Shown here one piece after another: positions 28,974 to 38,035 of a DNA stretch of 64,000 nucleotides (position 1 is the stretch's first letter; each line of letters starts with the position of its first letter). Below the pieces are notes generated by a model. It did no database searches and was not told the DNA's origin. It saw only the letters and a list, made by a program, of their open reading frames with translations. Source of the DNA: Minisyncoccia bacterium (GTDB taxonomy: Bacteria > Patescibacteriota > Minisyncoccia > Phycocordibacterales > UBA9973); the NCBI GenBank assembly GCA_039809245.1, contig JBDHUP010000001.1, forward strand, positions 30,934-94,933, in the 5' to 3' direction. The translations under genes were made by a program, and so were the position numbers.

Positions 28974-31900
28974 TTATAGAATATTTATTCTGAATACTAA
29001 TTCATCGATTTTTACTTCAGTGCCTTTATTCTCTGAGAAGTTTAAATCTTTAGCTCCGACGACTTTCAATAAGTCAGGTTTGTATTTATTTATCAGATCC
29101 TCTCCTTCTTTGCTTGTCTCTATCTTAAGTTCAATTACATCACTAGGTGTAAGCTTAGCCTCTTTGCGCATATCTTGAATAGCGCGAACCAGTTCACGAT
29201 AATTACCTTCTTCTTTTAATTCTGGAGTTATAACTGTATCAAATACTATGTTTTCATCTTTACCTTTCTCTATACTCTTTACATTAAGCTCATCTTTTAT
29301 AAGTGCTTGATATTCAGCACTTGGAACTTCTGGGACATATAGAGTTGAGAGTGGTTGTCGGACAGGAATAACATTCTTCTTGCGAAGCATATTCCCTGCG
29401 CTACAATAGTCACGAACAATTTGCATCTCTTTAAATACTTCTTCTTTTACTTTTCCCGCTTCTGGCCATTCTGCTAAATGCACACTCTCTTTATCAGAAT
29501 CATTTTTAAGTTTCTGCCAGATATCCTCTGAGGCAAATGGCGCAAAAGGAGCCATAACTTTCACTAAAGTTTTCAACACATAGTAGAGGGTACGCTTTGC
29601 ATCTTCATCACCATCTTTGAGTCTATCTCTTGAGCGACGAACATACCAAGTCGAAAGCTCGTCGATGAACTCGCGCATCTCGCGAACTGGTTCTAAAAGT
29701 TTATAGCTATCCAAGTTCTTAGTTGTGTTTGCTAAGAGCTTGCTTAGTCGAGCGACAATCCACTGATCGAGAATATTGTCTGAGGTTTTATATTTCTCAC
29801 TTTCTAGATTCTTGTCTCTATATAGTTCGTAGAACGCGAGGACATTGTAAAGCAAGTTAAAGACTTGCTGTTGAAGTAGAACTACAGTCTTCTCGTCGAA
29901 GTTCTTGGATTCACCTGGCTGATTCACTGAGTACATCCATAAGCGTAGAGTATCCACTCCATACTTCTCTATCATAAGCCATGGATCGACAATATTACCC
30001 AAAGATTTAGACATCTTCTTCCCTTTCTCATCTAAGATATGACCTAGGCAAATAACGTTCTTATAGGCTTTACCGCGCCCTGTGAGCACACCTACAGCAT
30101 GAAGTGTATAGAACCAACCTCGAGTCTGATCTATCGCTTCTGATATATAGTCTGCTGGGAATCCTTTGCCATCTACCCATTTCTTATTCTCAAATGGATA
30201 GTGATCTTGCGCGAATGGCATCGCACCTGAGTCGAACCATACATCCATAACTTCTTTGACTCTTGTCATCTCCCCACCATCTTTATCTATCAACTTCACT
30301 TGGTCGATGAATGGCTTATGGAAGTCGAGTTCATAATCATCATTATGAGGAACTGGCACGAAAGGTAACTCTCGAACTTCTGCATTATCGAAACGTTTGA
30401 AGTCTGGGACGAACACATGAGTATTCGCAACTTGATAATTCTTATTCTCTGGGGTAAACAATCCTGAGTTCACAAAGCATAGCCAAGCAGGACCACCATG
30501 AGTAATGATTAATATATTCTTGTCTTTATATTTTTCTTCTAGTTCATATAGTGCTTCGGCGGTACGTCTTTGCACTTCTTTCAGTGATTCACCGCCACCG
30601 ATCTTCTGGTTGAACCAATCAGAACCTACATTTGTATACACATACTCATGATAAGCAGTCCAATTCTTACCATCGAAATCTCCAGGGTCTACTTCTTGGA
30701 ATCTTTTATCATAGATAATACTTTCTTTAGACAAGCCTAAAGTTTCCGCCACGATCTCGGCTGTCTCTTTCGTGCGAGTAAATGGTGAAGATACGATCAT
30801 ATCTATCTTTTTCTTTTTTAGTTCTTTCTCTGTTTTTTTCTTGACTTCGCTCTCACCTTCTTTAGTAAGGTTATCTGTTGCTTGATTCTTATAGCTAACA
30901 AGCTCTTTCAAGTTGCCTTCTGTTCCACCATGACGCATTACAAAATATTTGTTGCCAGAATTCTTAGTCTTTTCTTTCAGTTCATCGAGACTTCCTATCA
31001 CTTCGAATTCCCCGTCGGCTTTCTGCCAGATAGGAAGTGGGGTCCCCCAGTAACGTTCACGAGATATCGCCCAGTCTTTAATATCTTTAAGCCATTCACC
31101 AAAGCGCCCTTCACGTATATGTGATGGTTCCCAGTTTATAGTTTTATTCTCATTTATGAGTTGCTTCTTTATCTTCTCATCTGACATTCTAATATACCAA
31201 GAATCGCGCGCGTAGTAGATAAGTGGAGTCTTACATCGCCAACAGTGTGGGTATGAGTGTTCGTATTTCTCTTTCTTGAAAAGCAATCCTCTGTGTGCAA
31301 GGTCTTTAATAATATCTATAGCGACTTCTTCATCTTTTACAAATCGTCCTTCTAGAAAACCTGTACCTTTCACAAAGTGACCTGAATCATCAACAGTGTG
31401 CATTTTTGGCAATCCTAGCTTTGTTCCAAGCTCGAAGTCATCCTGACCGTACATGACAGCAGTATGTACAACACCAGTACCATCAGTCGTAGTCACGAAA
31501 TCTGCTGGGTAAACTTTGAATGCTTTACTTACATCCTCACCTTTTTTCTCTAGTGAATCTTTCAGGTATGGGTAAAGTGGTTCGTATTCTAAGCCAACTA
31601 ATCCACTACCTTTAACATCTTCAATATATTCTTGAACCCCTCCAAATGAGCTTTCCATTCTTTCCCTAGCACAAATCAAGTATTCTTTACCAACTTTAAC
31701 TTTTACATAATCAATATCTTTCCCCACAGCAAGAGCAACGTTTCCAGGTAATGTCCATGGAGTTGTCGTCCAAGCTAGGATGTAAGTGTTATCTTGTCCT
31801 ACAACTTTAAACTTTCCAGTTACCGATAAATCTTTATCATCTTGATATCCTTGTGCAAGTTCGTGCGATGAAAGAGCCGTACCACAGCGAGGACACCAAG

Positions 31901-32441
31901 GCACAACTTTGTAATCTTTATACAAAAGCTTCTTCTCTTCGACTTTCTTTAAGACGTTCCAGACAGATTCTATATAGTCATTATGATAAGTGACATATGG
32001 ATTCTCTTGATCAACCCAGTAGCCAATTCGCTTTGTAAACTTATTCCAGATATCTAGATACTCCCAGACACTTTCTTTACACTCTTTATTAAACTTCGCG
32101 ACACCGTACTCCTCAATCGCTTTCTTGGAATCGAGTCCGAGCTTCTTCTCGACTTGGAGTTCAACTGGAAGTCCATGAGTATCCCAGCCACCCTTGCGAC
32201 GTACATGGTATCCACGCATAGTCTTGTACCTTGGTATCGCATCTTTAAAAGCGCGAGCCTCTAAGTGATGAATACCTGGCTTACCATTAGCAGTCGGAGG
32301 GCCTTCGTAGAATACGAATTCACCCTCTGTCGATTTCTTCTCTAGTGATTTATTAAAAATACCCTGCTCTCGCCAAAATTCAAGTACAGCCTCTTCGCGA
32401 AGAGCTGCTACAGATTTATTATTTTTTTCAGTGTTATCCAT
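28974..32441 (-). CDS. ileS: Isoleucine--tRNA ligase (IleRS2-like) with inserted histidine-phosphatase domain
   Basis: FYEGPPTANGKPGIHH, GWDTHGLPVE, AWTTTPWTLP, GTGVVH, DWAISR.RYWG, DVWFDSG, DQTRGWFY, KMSKS. Insert RHG...SSPFTR...QE...THGG at about 30366-30950. Confidence 0.96.
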   Translation of the reverse strand: MDNTEKNNKSVAALREEAVLEFWREQGIFNKSLEKKSTEGEFVFYEGPPTANGKPGIHHLEARAFKDAIPRYKTMRGYHVRRKGGWDTHGLPVELQVEKKLGLDSKKAIEEYGVAKFNKECKESVWEYLDIWNKFTKRIGYWVDQENPYVTYHNDYIESVWNVLKKVEEKKLLYKDYKVVPWCPRCGTALSSHELAQGYQDDKDLSVTGKFKVVGQDNTYILAWTTTPWTLPGNVALAVGKDIDYVKVKVGKEYLICARERMESSFGGVQEYIEDVKGSGLVGLEYEPLYPYLKDSLEKKGEDVSKAFKVYPADFVTTTDGTGVVHTAVMYGQDDFELGTKLGLPKMHTVDDSGHFVKGTGFLEGRFVKDEEVAIDIIKDLAHRGLLFKKEKYEHSYPHCWRCKTPLIYYARDSWYIRMSDEKIKKQLINENKTINWEPSHIREGRFGEWLKDIKDWAISRERYWGTPLPIWQKADGEFEVIGSLDELKEKTKNSGNKYFVMRHGGTEGNLKELVSYKNQATDNLTKEGESEVKKKTEKELKKKKIDMIVSSPFTRTKETAEIVAETLGLSKESIIYDKRFQEVDPGDFDGKNWTAYHEYVYTNVGSDWFNQKIGGGESLKEVQRRTAEALYELEEKYKDKNILIITHGGPAWLCFVNSGLFTPENKNYQVANTHVFVPDFKRFDNAEVRELPFVPVPHNDDYELDFHKPFIDQVKLIDKDGGEMTRVKEVMDVWFDSGAMPFAQDHYPFENKKWVDGKGFPADYISEAIDQTRGWFYTLHAVGVLTGRGKAYKNVICLGHILDEKGKKMSKSLGNIVDPWLMIEKYGVDTLRLWMYSVNQPGESKNFDEKTVVLLQQQVFNLLYNVLAFYELYRDKNLESEKYKTSDNILDQWIVARLSKLLANTTKNLDSYKLLEPVREMREFIDELSTWYVRRSRDRLKDGDEDAKRTLYYVLKTLVKVMAPFAPFASEDIWQKLKNDSDKESVHLAEWPEAGKVKEEVFKEMQIVRDYCSAGNMLRKKNVIPVRQPLSTLYVPEVPSAEYQALIKDELNVKSIEKGKDENIVFDTVITPELKEEGNYRELVRAIQDMRKEAKLTPSDVIELKIETSKEGEDLINKYKPDLLKVVGAKDLNFSENKGTEVKIDELVFRINIL

Positions 32442-32455
32442 TTTGTTTTAATGAA

Positions 32456-32531
32456 GCAAATTATTTTATGAAAAAATGTCTGGCCGAACAGAGTGAGGAG
32501 ATCCGAGGACTTTTTTCAGAATATAATTTGC
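32456..32531. repeat. Imperfect inverted-repeat element (24-25 bp arms) in the ileS 5' UTR
   Basis: GCAAATTATTTTATGAAAAAATGTC ... GACTTTTTTCAGAATATAATTTGC around a purine-rich core. Confidence 0.65.
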
Positions 32532-32543
32532 GAAATGACTAAT

Positions 32544-32688
32544 AAAAAACTCGTCCACGTACAACAATAAAATTGTTATACAAGGACGAGTTTCTCGTGG
32601 TACCACCTTGCTTACTTCTCATTTAATAGGGCTCTACTCTCCCGAAGGATTTCTTCCCCAAGCTCTGGGGTGATAGCCCCTTCAACGC
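32544..32688 (-). promoter_or_regulatory. T-box riboswitch (Ile), transcriptional, ultrashort Stem I
   Basis: Stem I GCGTTGAA-GGGG-CTATCA-CCCC-AGAGC with ATC at 32674-32672; antiterminator CAAGG-TGGTACC-ACGAG-AAA-CTCGT-CCTTG (32610-32581); overlapping terminator ending in T6 at 32549-32544. Confidence 0.88.
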
Positions 32689-32698
32689 TTATATATTA

Positions 32699-32727
32699 AG
32701 AATACAAGCAAAATGCTAATTTTGCAA
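32699..32727 (-). promoter_or_regulatory. Sigma70-type promoter for T-box/ileS
   Basis: TTGCAA (32727-32722), 17 nt, TATTCT (32704-32699), about 10 nt upstream of Stem I. Confidence 0.65.
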
Positions 32728-32729
32728 CC

Positions 32730-34424
32730 TTACATTTTCCCTGGAGTCTTAATTCCCAAAAGATAGAGACCATTTTTCATAGTCTGGTGGAATGCTTCCA
32801 CAAGTGCGATACGATAATTCGCATATGGATCACTCTTATTTATTATCTGTGTATTACCATAGAAAGTATTGAACGCACTCGCGAGCTCAGTAAGATATGT
32901 AGCGATATGATGTGGCTCAAGTTGTGTATATGATCGCTCTACCACTTCTCCGAATTGATATAACACTTTCTCTAGGTTTGTAACTTCATTCGGTATATCT
33001 TTATAAGCTGCGCAGATACCTTCTGCTTCGACCTTTTTCAAAATAGAATTGGCACGCACTGCAGTATACTGAAGATACGGACCAGAGTCCCCTTCAAATG
33101 AAATAGATTTCTCAAAATCATAAACAATATCTGATCCGAGTGAAGAGCGAAGTATAGAGTACTTCAATGCTGACACTCCGACAACTTTTGCTATCTCATC
33201 TTTCTCTTCTATTGATAACTCTCTATCAGACACCTTTTCATAGACTACATCCATAGAATCTTTCAAGAGTGACTCTCCTGTAACCACATTACCTTTTCTT
33301 GATGACATCTTACCAGAAGCTAGGCGCATCATGCCGTGAGTAATGTGCTTCATACGTGATTCGTAATCTGGATGGATAAGAGAGACAGCTTTCTGAACTA
33401 CTTTCATATATTCGCCTTGTTCTATAGCTGTAGTAATGATAGATATATCTGGATTCTCTTTCTCAAACTTTGTCACAGTGAGACCTACCTCTTTCGTCTC
33501 ATAAAGTGGAATACCTAGTGATGTGATAAAAACTCGAGTATGGAGCTTCGGGTCATAATTCTCAGCATGGAAGACTATCGCACCTTCTGACTCCTCAAAA
33601 ACTTTCCCAATATTCTCTCTGACAATTTTCTCTCCAATTGGCGCCATTTCACTCTCGAAGAAATAGTAGTCGAACTTTGTTCCGAGTGTTTTATATATTT
33701 CTTCAAATGCATCTAGAGTGACTTTCCTTCCCCAATCATATATCTTATTTATCTTTTCATCACTTCTGTCATAGACTTTCTTATTTATTTCATTTATTTC
33801 TTCTTTCCACTTTGGATCATTATCATACGCATCGGAACCTCGCGCATATTGCTCGCCAATCCAAAGCGCACTTTTGTTCTCATATGGTTCCACTGAATCC
33901 AGAATCCCCCAGATAGCTTTCGCCACATGTGGACCCACATCACCTTGATAGTTTGCTCTTACTGTCTTTGCACCTGAGAACTCTACAATGCGAGAAATAG
34001 ATTCACCAATAGCATTACTCATAAGGTGACCAATGTGAAAAGGCTTGAAAGGGTTCGGCTGAGTGTACTCCACCATTACCTTTTTATCTTTTAATATTTC
34101 ATTCTTCCCCCAATTATCTTTCTGTTTTAAAATATCTTTCACGCTATCTACAAAGAAATCATGATGTAGATAGAAGTTTATAAACCCAGCACCTGCAACT
34201 TCTACTTTCTGCATGCCTTTTATATTCTCTTTTTCAATTTCAGATTTTATCTTCTCTGCAAGTTCTTTAGGGTTTGTACTTAATTGCTTCGCATAAGCCA
34301 TGGCAACATTTGTAGAATAATCACCCATTTTCAAATCTGCTGGATGCTCAAGAATAACACTACCTGCTTCTATGCCGAGATTCTTCAGTGCACTTTTTAT
34401 GTGTTGTATAAGTTTTTCTTTCAT
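32730..34424 (-). CDS. argS: Arginine--tRNA ligase
   Basis: GDYSTN.AM, AGAGFINF, VEYTQPNPFKPFHIGH, KMSSRKG, FEGDSGPYLQY. Confidence 0.96.
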   Translation of the reverse strand: MKEKLIQHIKSALKNLGIEAGSVILEHPADLKMGDYSTNVAMAYAKQLSTNPKELAEKIKSEIEKENIKGMQKVEVAGAGFINFYLHHDFFVDSVKDILKQKDNWGKNEILKDKKVMVEYTQPNPFKPFHIGHLMSNAIGESISRIVEFSGAKTVRANYQGDVGPHVAKAIWGILDSVEPYENKSALWIGEQYARGSDAYDNDPKWKEEINEINKKVYDRSDEKINKIYDWGRKVTLDAFEEIYKTLGTKFDYYFFESEMAPIGEKIVRENIGKVFEESEGAIVFHAENYDPKLHTRVFITSLGIPLYETKEVGLTVTKFEKENPDISIITTAIEQGEYMKVVQKAVSLIHPDYESRMKHITHGMMRLASGKMSSRKGNVVTGESLLKDSMDVVYEKVSDRELSIEEKDEIAKVVGVSALKYSILRSSLGSDIVYDFEKSISFEGDSGPYLQYTAVRANSILKKVEAEGICAAYKDIPNEVTNLEKVLYQFGEVVERSYTQLEPHHIATYLTELASAFNTFYGNTQIINKSDPYANYRIALVEAFHQTMKNGLYLLGIKTPGKM

Positions 34425-34846
34425 TACTTTTTCCCTGTGCTACCAAACATACCCTCACCACGAGCTGATTCACTTAATGTATCAGTTTCTTCTAGCTCAC
34501 ATATCTCAATAGGCATTATAACAAGTTGAGAGACTTTGTCTCCTTTCTCAAACACATAAGATTTATCTGACAAATTCACTAGGTGTGTATTGTATTCACC
34601 TCTGTACCCTGCATCAAATACTCCGCCCATCGTATGGAGGCCGGCTTTAGAAATACTAGATTTATCTTTCACTATAGCCGCATATCCATCCTCAAATTCA
34701 AAGGCAAACCCATGCCAGAACCTATAATGCTCACCTGGAGCAATCGTCACAGTCTCCATCGAATACAAATCCATCCCCACATCCCCTGGATGGGCGTATG
34801 TCGGCAATTTGGCATTATCTTTTAACCGTTTGACTTTGATTTTCAT
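34424..34846 (-). CDS. dut: dUTP diphosphatase (trimeric)
   Basis: GMDL, DKSS, GVFDAGYRGE, GDKVSQLV, RGEGMFGSTG. Confidence 0.95.
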   Translation of the reverse strand: MKIKVKRLKDNAKLPTYAHPGDVGMDLYSMETVTIAPGEHYRFWHGFAFEFEDGYAAIVKDKSSISKAGLHTMGGVFDAGYRGEYNTHLVNLSDKSYVFEKGDKVSQLVIMPIEICELEETDTLSESARGEGMFGSTGKK

Positions 34847-34881
34847 AATTTGTATTATAGCGTAAACTAAAACAATTTAAC

Positions 34882-35406
34882 ATGAAATCTATAATAGACA
34901 ATTACGATATAATCGTAATTAAAGCCGAAGAAATTTTTACAAAAGAATGTTTTGCACAAGGTACTGACGCTTGGAGAATTCTAAGACCAAAGTCTATATT
35001 AGACAGAATCTTTGAAATCGCCAGTGAGGTTAAATTTAATATCGAAAATAGTAATAAATTAAACAACAGAGAACTTGAAGCAAAACTTATCTCATTATTA
35101 AATACCTCCATAATAGCCCGTGTACAATTAACTCGCGGACTTACCACAACAGCTCCAATCGTACCAGAACGAGCTATCGTACTCTACAAACAGTCAGCTA
35201 ATCTTGCCCGCAAACAGGTGAAAATGCTGATAAGATCTTTGGATTCTATGAATCAGGTAAGCTTAACTTCATTTATGGAAGCCATCATTGAAAGAACAAA
35301 GGAAATGAAAGAACTGCTTGATAAAGGGATCACTGGAGTTCACTATTCCATAAGAAAATTAATGGATATTATAAACTTCTCCATCTTTGCTCTAATCTTA
35401 GAGTAG
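34882..35406 (+). CDS. Divergent DUF1599-like (nucleotide modification-associated) protein
   Basis: YD..V....IF.K....G..AWRILR..S..D.IF and C-terminal DIINFSIFALI match my recollection of the two-domain DUF1599 pattern. Confidence 0.55.
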   Translation: MKSIIDNYDIIVIKAEEIFTKECFAQGTDAWRILRPKSILDRIFEIASEVKFNIENSNKLNNRELEAKLISLLNTSIIARVQLTRGLTTTAPIVPERAIVLYKQSANLARKQVKMLIRSLDSMNQVSLTSFMEAIIERTKEMKELLDKGITGVHYSIRKLMDIINFSIFALILE

Positions 35407-35425
35407 AGCAAGAAATAAAATATAT

Positions 35426-35455
35426 GTTGCTGTATTACAAACAGCAACTTTTTTT
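35426..35455 (+). terminator. Intrinsic terminator
   Basis: GTTGCTGT-ATTACAA-ACAGCAAC followed by T7. Confidence 0.75.
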
Positions 35456-35458
35456 ATT

Positions 35459-36037
35459 TTAGATTTTTATTAATTCTCTTACTTTCTTTACTACTTGCTT
35501 AGGAGAAAGATTTGTATTGTCTATTTCAATATTATTCTTAACTGGTGCTGGTGTAGACCAGTCTTTCTTTTCTTTTAGAATTCTTTTCATTTCATTTGGA
35601 TCTGAAAGTTTTCTGAATTTTTTTCGTGACTTTCCTGATACACGTTTAATAAGCTCTGTATCACCAGCCTTCAAGTGAACAAAGTAAGCTCTACCTCCTT
35701 CTTTCTCCACATATGATTCTACTTTTTTCACAAACTTAGGATCAGTTAACCCTGTCATAGATACATATTCTGCAGAATAAGCATGGGTAGCAACTGTATT
35801 TAAATGACCTTTTGCAATTTCTTCAAATACATCCAATCTTAAACGCTCGACAAGGCGATTTAATTCAAGTGTTCCCCTTTTGAATAACTCTACCCCTAAA
35901 TCATAAGTATGGTGATTATGGAATAGTTTATATCCAGTCTGTTTCTGAAATTCTTTCGCTACAGTGTACTTACCCACAGCAAATGGTCCGTAAAATATAA
36001 CGACATTAAATTTTGGTTTTTTAATTACTTTTTTCAT
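35459..36037 (-). CDS. P-loop nucleoside/nucleotide kinase-like protein
   Basis: IFYGPFAVGKYTVA, LFHNH, FVHLKA...L.KRV...SR...K, IDNT.LSP. Confidence 0.75.
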   Translation of the reverse strand: MKKVIKKPKFNVVIFYGPFAVGKYTVAKEFQKQTGYKLFHNHHTYDLGVELFKRGTLELNRLVERLRLDVFEEIAKGHLNTVATHAYSAEYVSMTGLTDPKFVKKVESYVEKEGGRAYFVHLKAGDTELIKRVSGKSRKKFRKLSDPNEMKRILKEKKDWSTPAPVKNNIEIDNTNLSPKQVVKKVRELIKI

Positions 36038-36575
36038 TTACTTTTAAAATAGCTTTTTTATATAAGTCTATAAACTCACTTGAAATAGTTTTTCTTATAA
36101 AATTTCTCTTTTCATCTTCAGATAAATTTTCTAACTGTTTTATTGAGTAACTTTCAAAACCAAGAGCATTTTCATCTTCAAGTTTTAAATCTTTTAAATC
36201 GCCAGAAAATAAGTAAGCAAATATTGTAGTGAATCTATTATTAATAAGTTTCGTAACTTCATCAAAAGATTTAGACCTTATCTTTTCGATAGGAATTAAT
36301 TTGCCAGATACATCAATACCAGTTTCTTCTAAAGATTCACGCTCTGCGGTTTTTTCATAAGTATCATTAGCAGAATCAACATGCCCTCCAACAGTTAGAT
36401 CTAGGAGGCCTGGATATGTTTCTTTATCTAAGCCACGTTTTTGAAAAATAATTTCATTATTTTTACTCACAAAAATCACATGTGCTTCCCTATGTAACAA
36501 GCCATCTTTGTGTATTATAGATCTTTCTTCTTCCCCTATTACCTCATCTTCCTCATTTACTATTGGAATCTTCAT
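36021..36575 (-). CDS. NUDIX hydrolase (IDI/YfcD-like)
   Basis: H..GLLHR, QKR...K..YPG.LD..VGGHV......TAERES.EETGI. Confidence 0.88.
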   Translation of the reverse strand: MKIPIVNEEDEVIGEEERSIIHKDGLLHREAHVIFVSKNNEIIFQKRGLDKETYPGLLDLTVGGHVDSANDTYEKTAERESLEETGIDVSGKLIPIEKIRSKSFDEVTKLINNRFTTIFAYLFSGDLKDLKLEDENALGFESYSIKQLENLSEDEKRNFIRKTISSEFIDLYKKAILKVNEKSN

Positions 36576-36611
36576 ATTATAAATATATCACGAATTCATT
36601 TTATTATTTAT

Positions 36612-36640
36612 TTGACAAAAAGTTATATTTATGATAATGT
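36612..36640 (+). promoter_or_regulatory. Sigma70-type promoter
   Basis: TTGACA (36612), 17 nt, TAATGT with TGn extension. Confidence 0.55.
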
Positions 36641-36713
36641 ATAGTAAATTATTTATTTGTGATTAGAGCAGACACATAAACAAGTCTTTTCTAATCACTA
36701 ATAAATAATACAT

Positions 36714-36929
36714 ATGGCACATTCAAGATCAAGGGACTATGAATTAGACCCAGGAATGAGAAGGCAATTCCCGCATGTTGAATTTAATTCAGCTCAAAAA
36801 ATAGTTACGACTCAATCTGTAGTTGTAAAAACTTCAAACGGTACAACCGCAGAAGAAAGAAAAGAAATACAGAAAAAAATCCTTGCTCTACCGGTAAACG
36901 AGCTTGAAAACCTTGTAGAGAAGATTTAA
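36714..36929 (+). CDS. Small hypothetical protein (71 aa)
   Basis: Fills an intergenic gap and has its own promoter, 5' hairpin and downstream terminator. Confidence 0.6.
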   Translation: MAHSRSRDYELDPGMRRQFPHVEFNSAQKIVTTQSVVVKTSNGTTAEERKEIQKKILALPVNELENLVEKI

Positions 36930-36951
36930 AAAATACAAAAAGTATTACGAG

Positions 36952-36982
36952 ATGACCAATTATTCACTAGTTGGTCATTTTT
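36952..36982. terminator. Intrinsic terminator
   Basis: ATGACCAATTA-TTCAC-TAGTTGGTCAT plus T tract. Confidence 0.7.
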
Positions 36983-37676
36983 ATTTTTTAAGTATTCCTT
37001 TTACTTTTTTATAAACTATCTCGTGAATATCTTCGCGAGGGAGGACTTTGTTGTTTGTAGCACAATCAACTTTTAAGAAGTTCTTCTGAGTTTTCGAAAG
37101 CCAGAGAGCGCTCTTCCTAGAGTTCTCTAGGAATTCTACATCTTTCTCGTGGACGTCTTTCTTATTCCCTAGATACGTACGGACTGCATTTTTATTCCTT
37201 TCCTTCATAAGAGCTTTCGAAAGCTTGATCGGTAAGTCTAAGTAGAAAACTACATCTGGTTTCGGAATCTTGAAAACTTTATACTCCATTTCATCTAGCC
37301 ATTCTATGAATGCTTGGCGCTTCTTGGCGCTCTTGATCTTACCCCCTTGATGTATTTGGTTAGCACTGACGTAGCGGTTTGCAATAACTATATATCCTTT
37401 CTTAATCCAGCTTTCCATCTCCCTTTTTGATTCAGAGCGATCAGCTGCATAAAGCACAGAGGCAATCTTCGGGTGCACTTTCACGAAGTTGTAATACTGC
37501 TCGGAAAGACAGTGACCGATAAACTTCCCAAAGAAATTCTTATAGTATTCTGGGAAATCGACAGTCTTTATTGTGTATCCATCTTTCTTTAGACGTTTAA
37601 CTAAGAGAGCGACTTGCGTCGCCTTCCCACTTCCATCAGTGCCATCTATGACTATGAGTTTACCTTTTTTATTCAT
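36981..37676 (-). CDS. tmk: Thymidylate kinase
   Basis: IVIDGTDGSGKATQ, FPEY, LYAADR, ANRYV.AN..HQG, PD.VFYLD, HEKD. Confidence 0.92.
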   Translation of the reverse strand: MNKKGKLIVIDGTDGSGKATQVALLVKRLKKDGYTIKTVDFPEYYKNFFGKFIGHCLSEQYYNFVKVHPKIASVLYAADRSESKREMESWIKKGYIVIANRYVSANQIHQGGKIKSAKKRQAFIEWLDEMEYKVFKIPKPDVVFYLDLPIKLSKALMKERNKNAVRTYLGNKKDVHEKDVEFLENSRKSALWLSKTQKNFLKVDCATNNKVLPREDIHEIVYKKVKGILKK

Positions 37677-38034
37677 ATCTTTGTTTTAAAAATTCATTTA
37701 CTTCTTCTAATATCTGTTTAAGCTCTAAAATTGTTTTAAACTTTTTAACTCTTTCAATTAAATCGTCATGAATAAAAACAAGTTGTTTGCAATCTTCTTT
37801 ATTTTTAATTAATGAAGATAACTCATATCCTTGTTGTTTTAAGTAATCTGCAAAAGGTAGATAAGTATAATGCTTATTTTTCTCTACAAGCTCTTCAATT
37901 GGTAAATCTTTATTTAAATCCCATCCAATTGTTAGAAATTGATTTTGTGTGTCATCAATTATCTCTAAAAATTGTTTCTGCGTTTCAACTATTTTGAGTG
38001 GATTCTGTTCGTTTTTATTTATTCCTTCATTCAT
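37669..38034 (-). CDS. Hypothetical protein
   Basis: 121-aa ORF tightly packed between NUDIX and tmk. Confidence 0.6.
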   Translation of the reverse strand: MNEGINKNEQNPLKIVETQKQFLEIIDDTQNQFLTIGWDLNKDLPIEELVEKNKHYTYLPFADYLKQQGYELSSLIKNKEDCKQLVFIHDDLIERVKKFKTILELKQILEEVNEFLKQRYE

Positions 38035-38035
38035 A

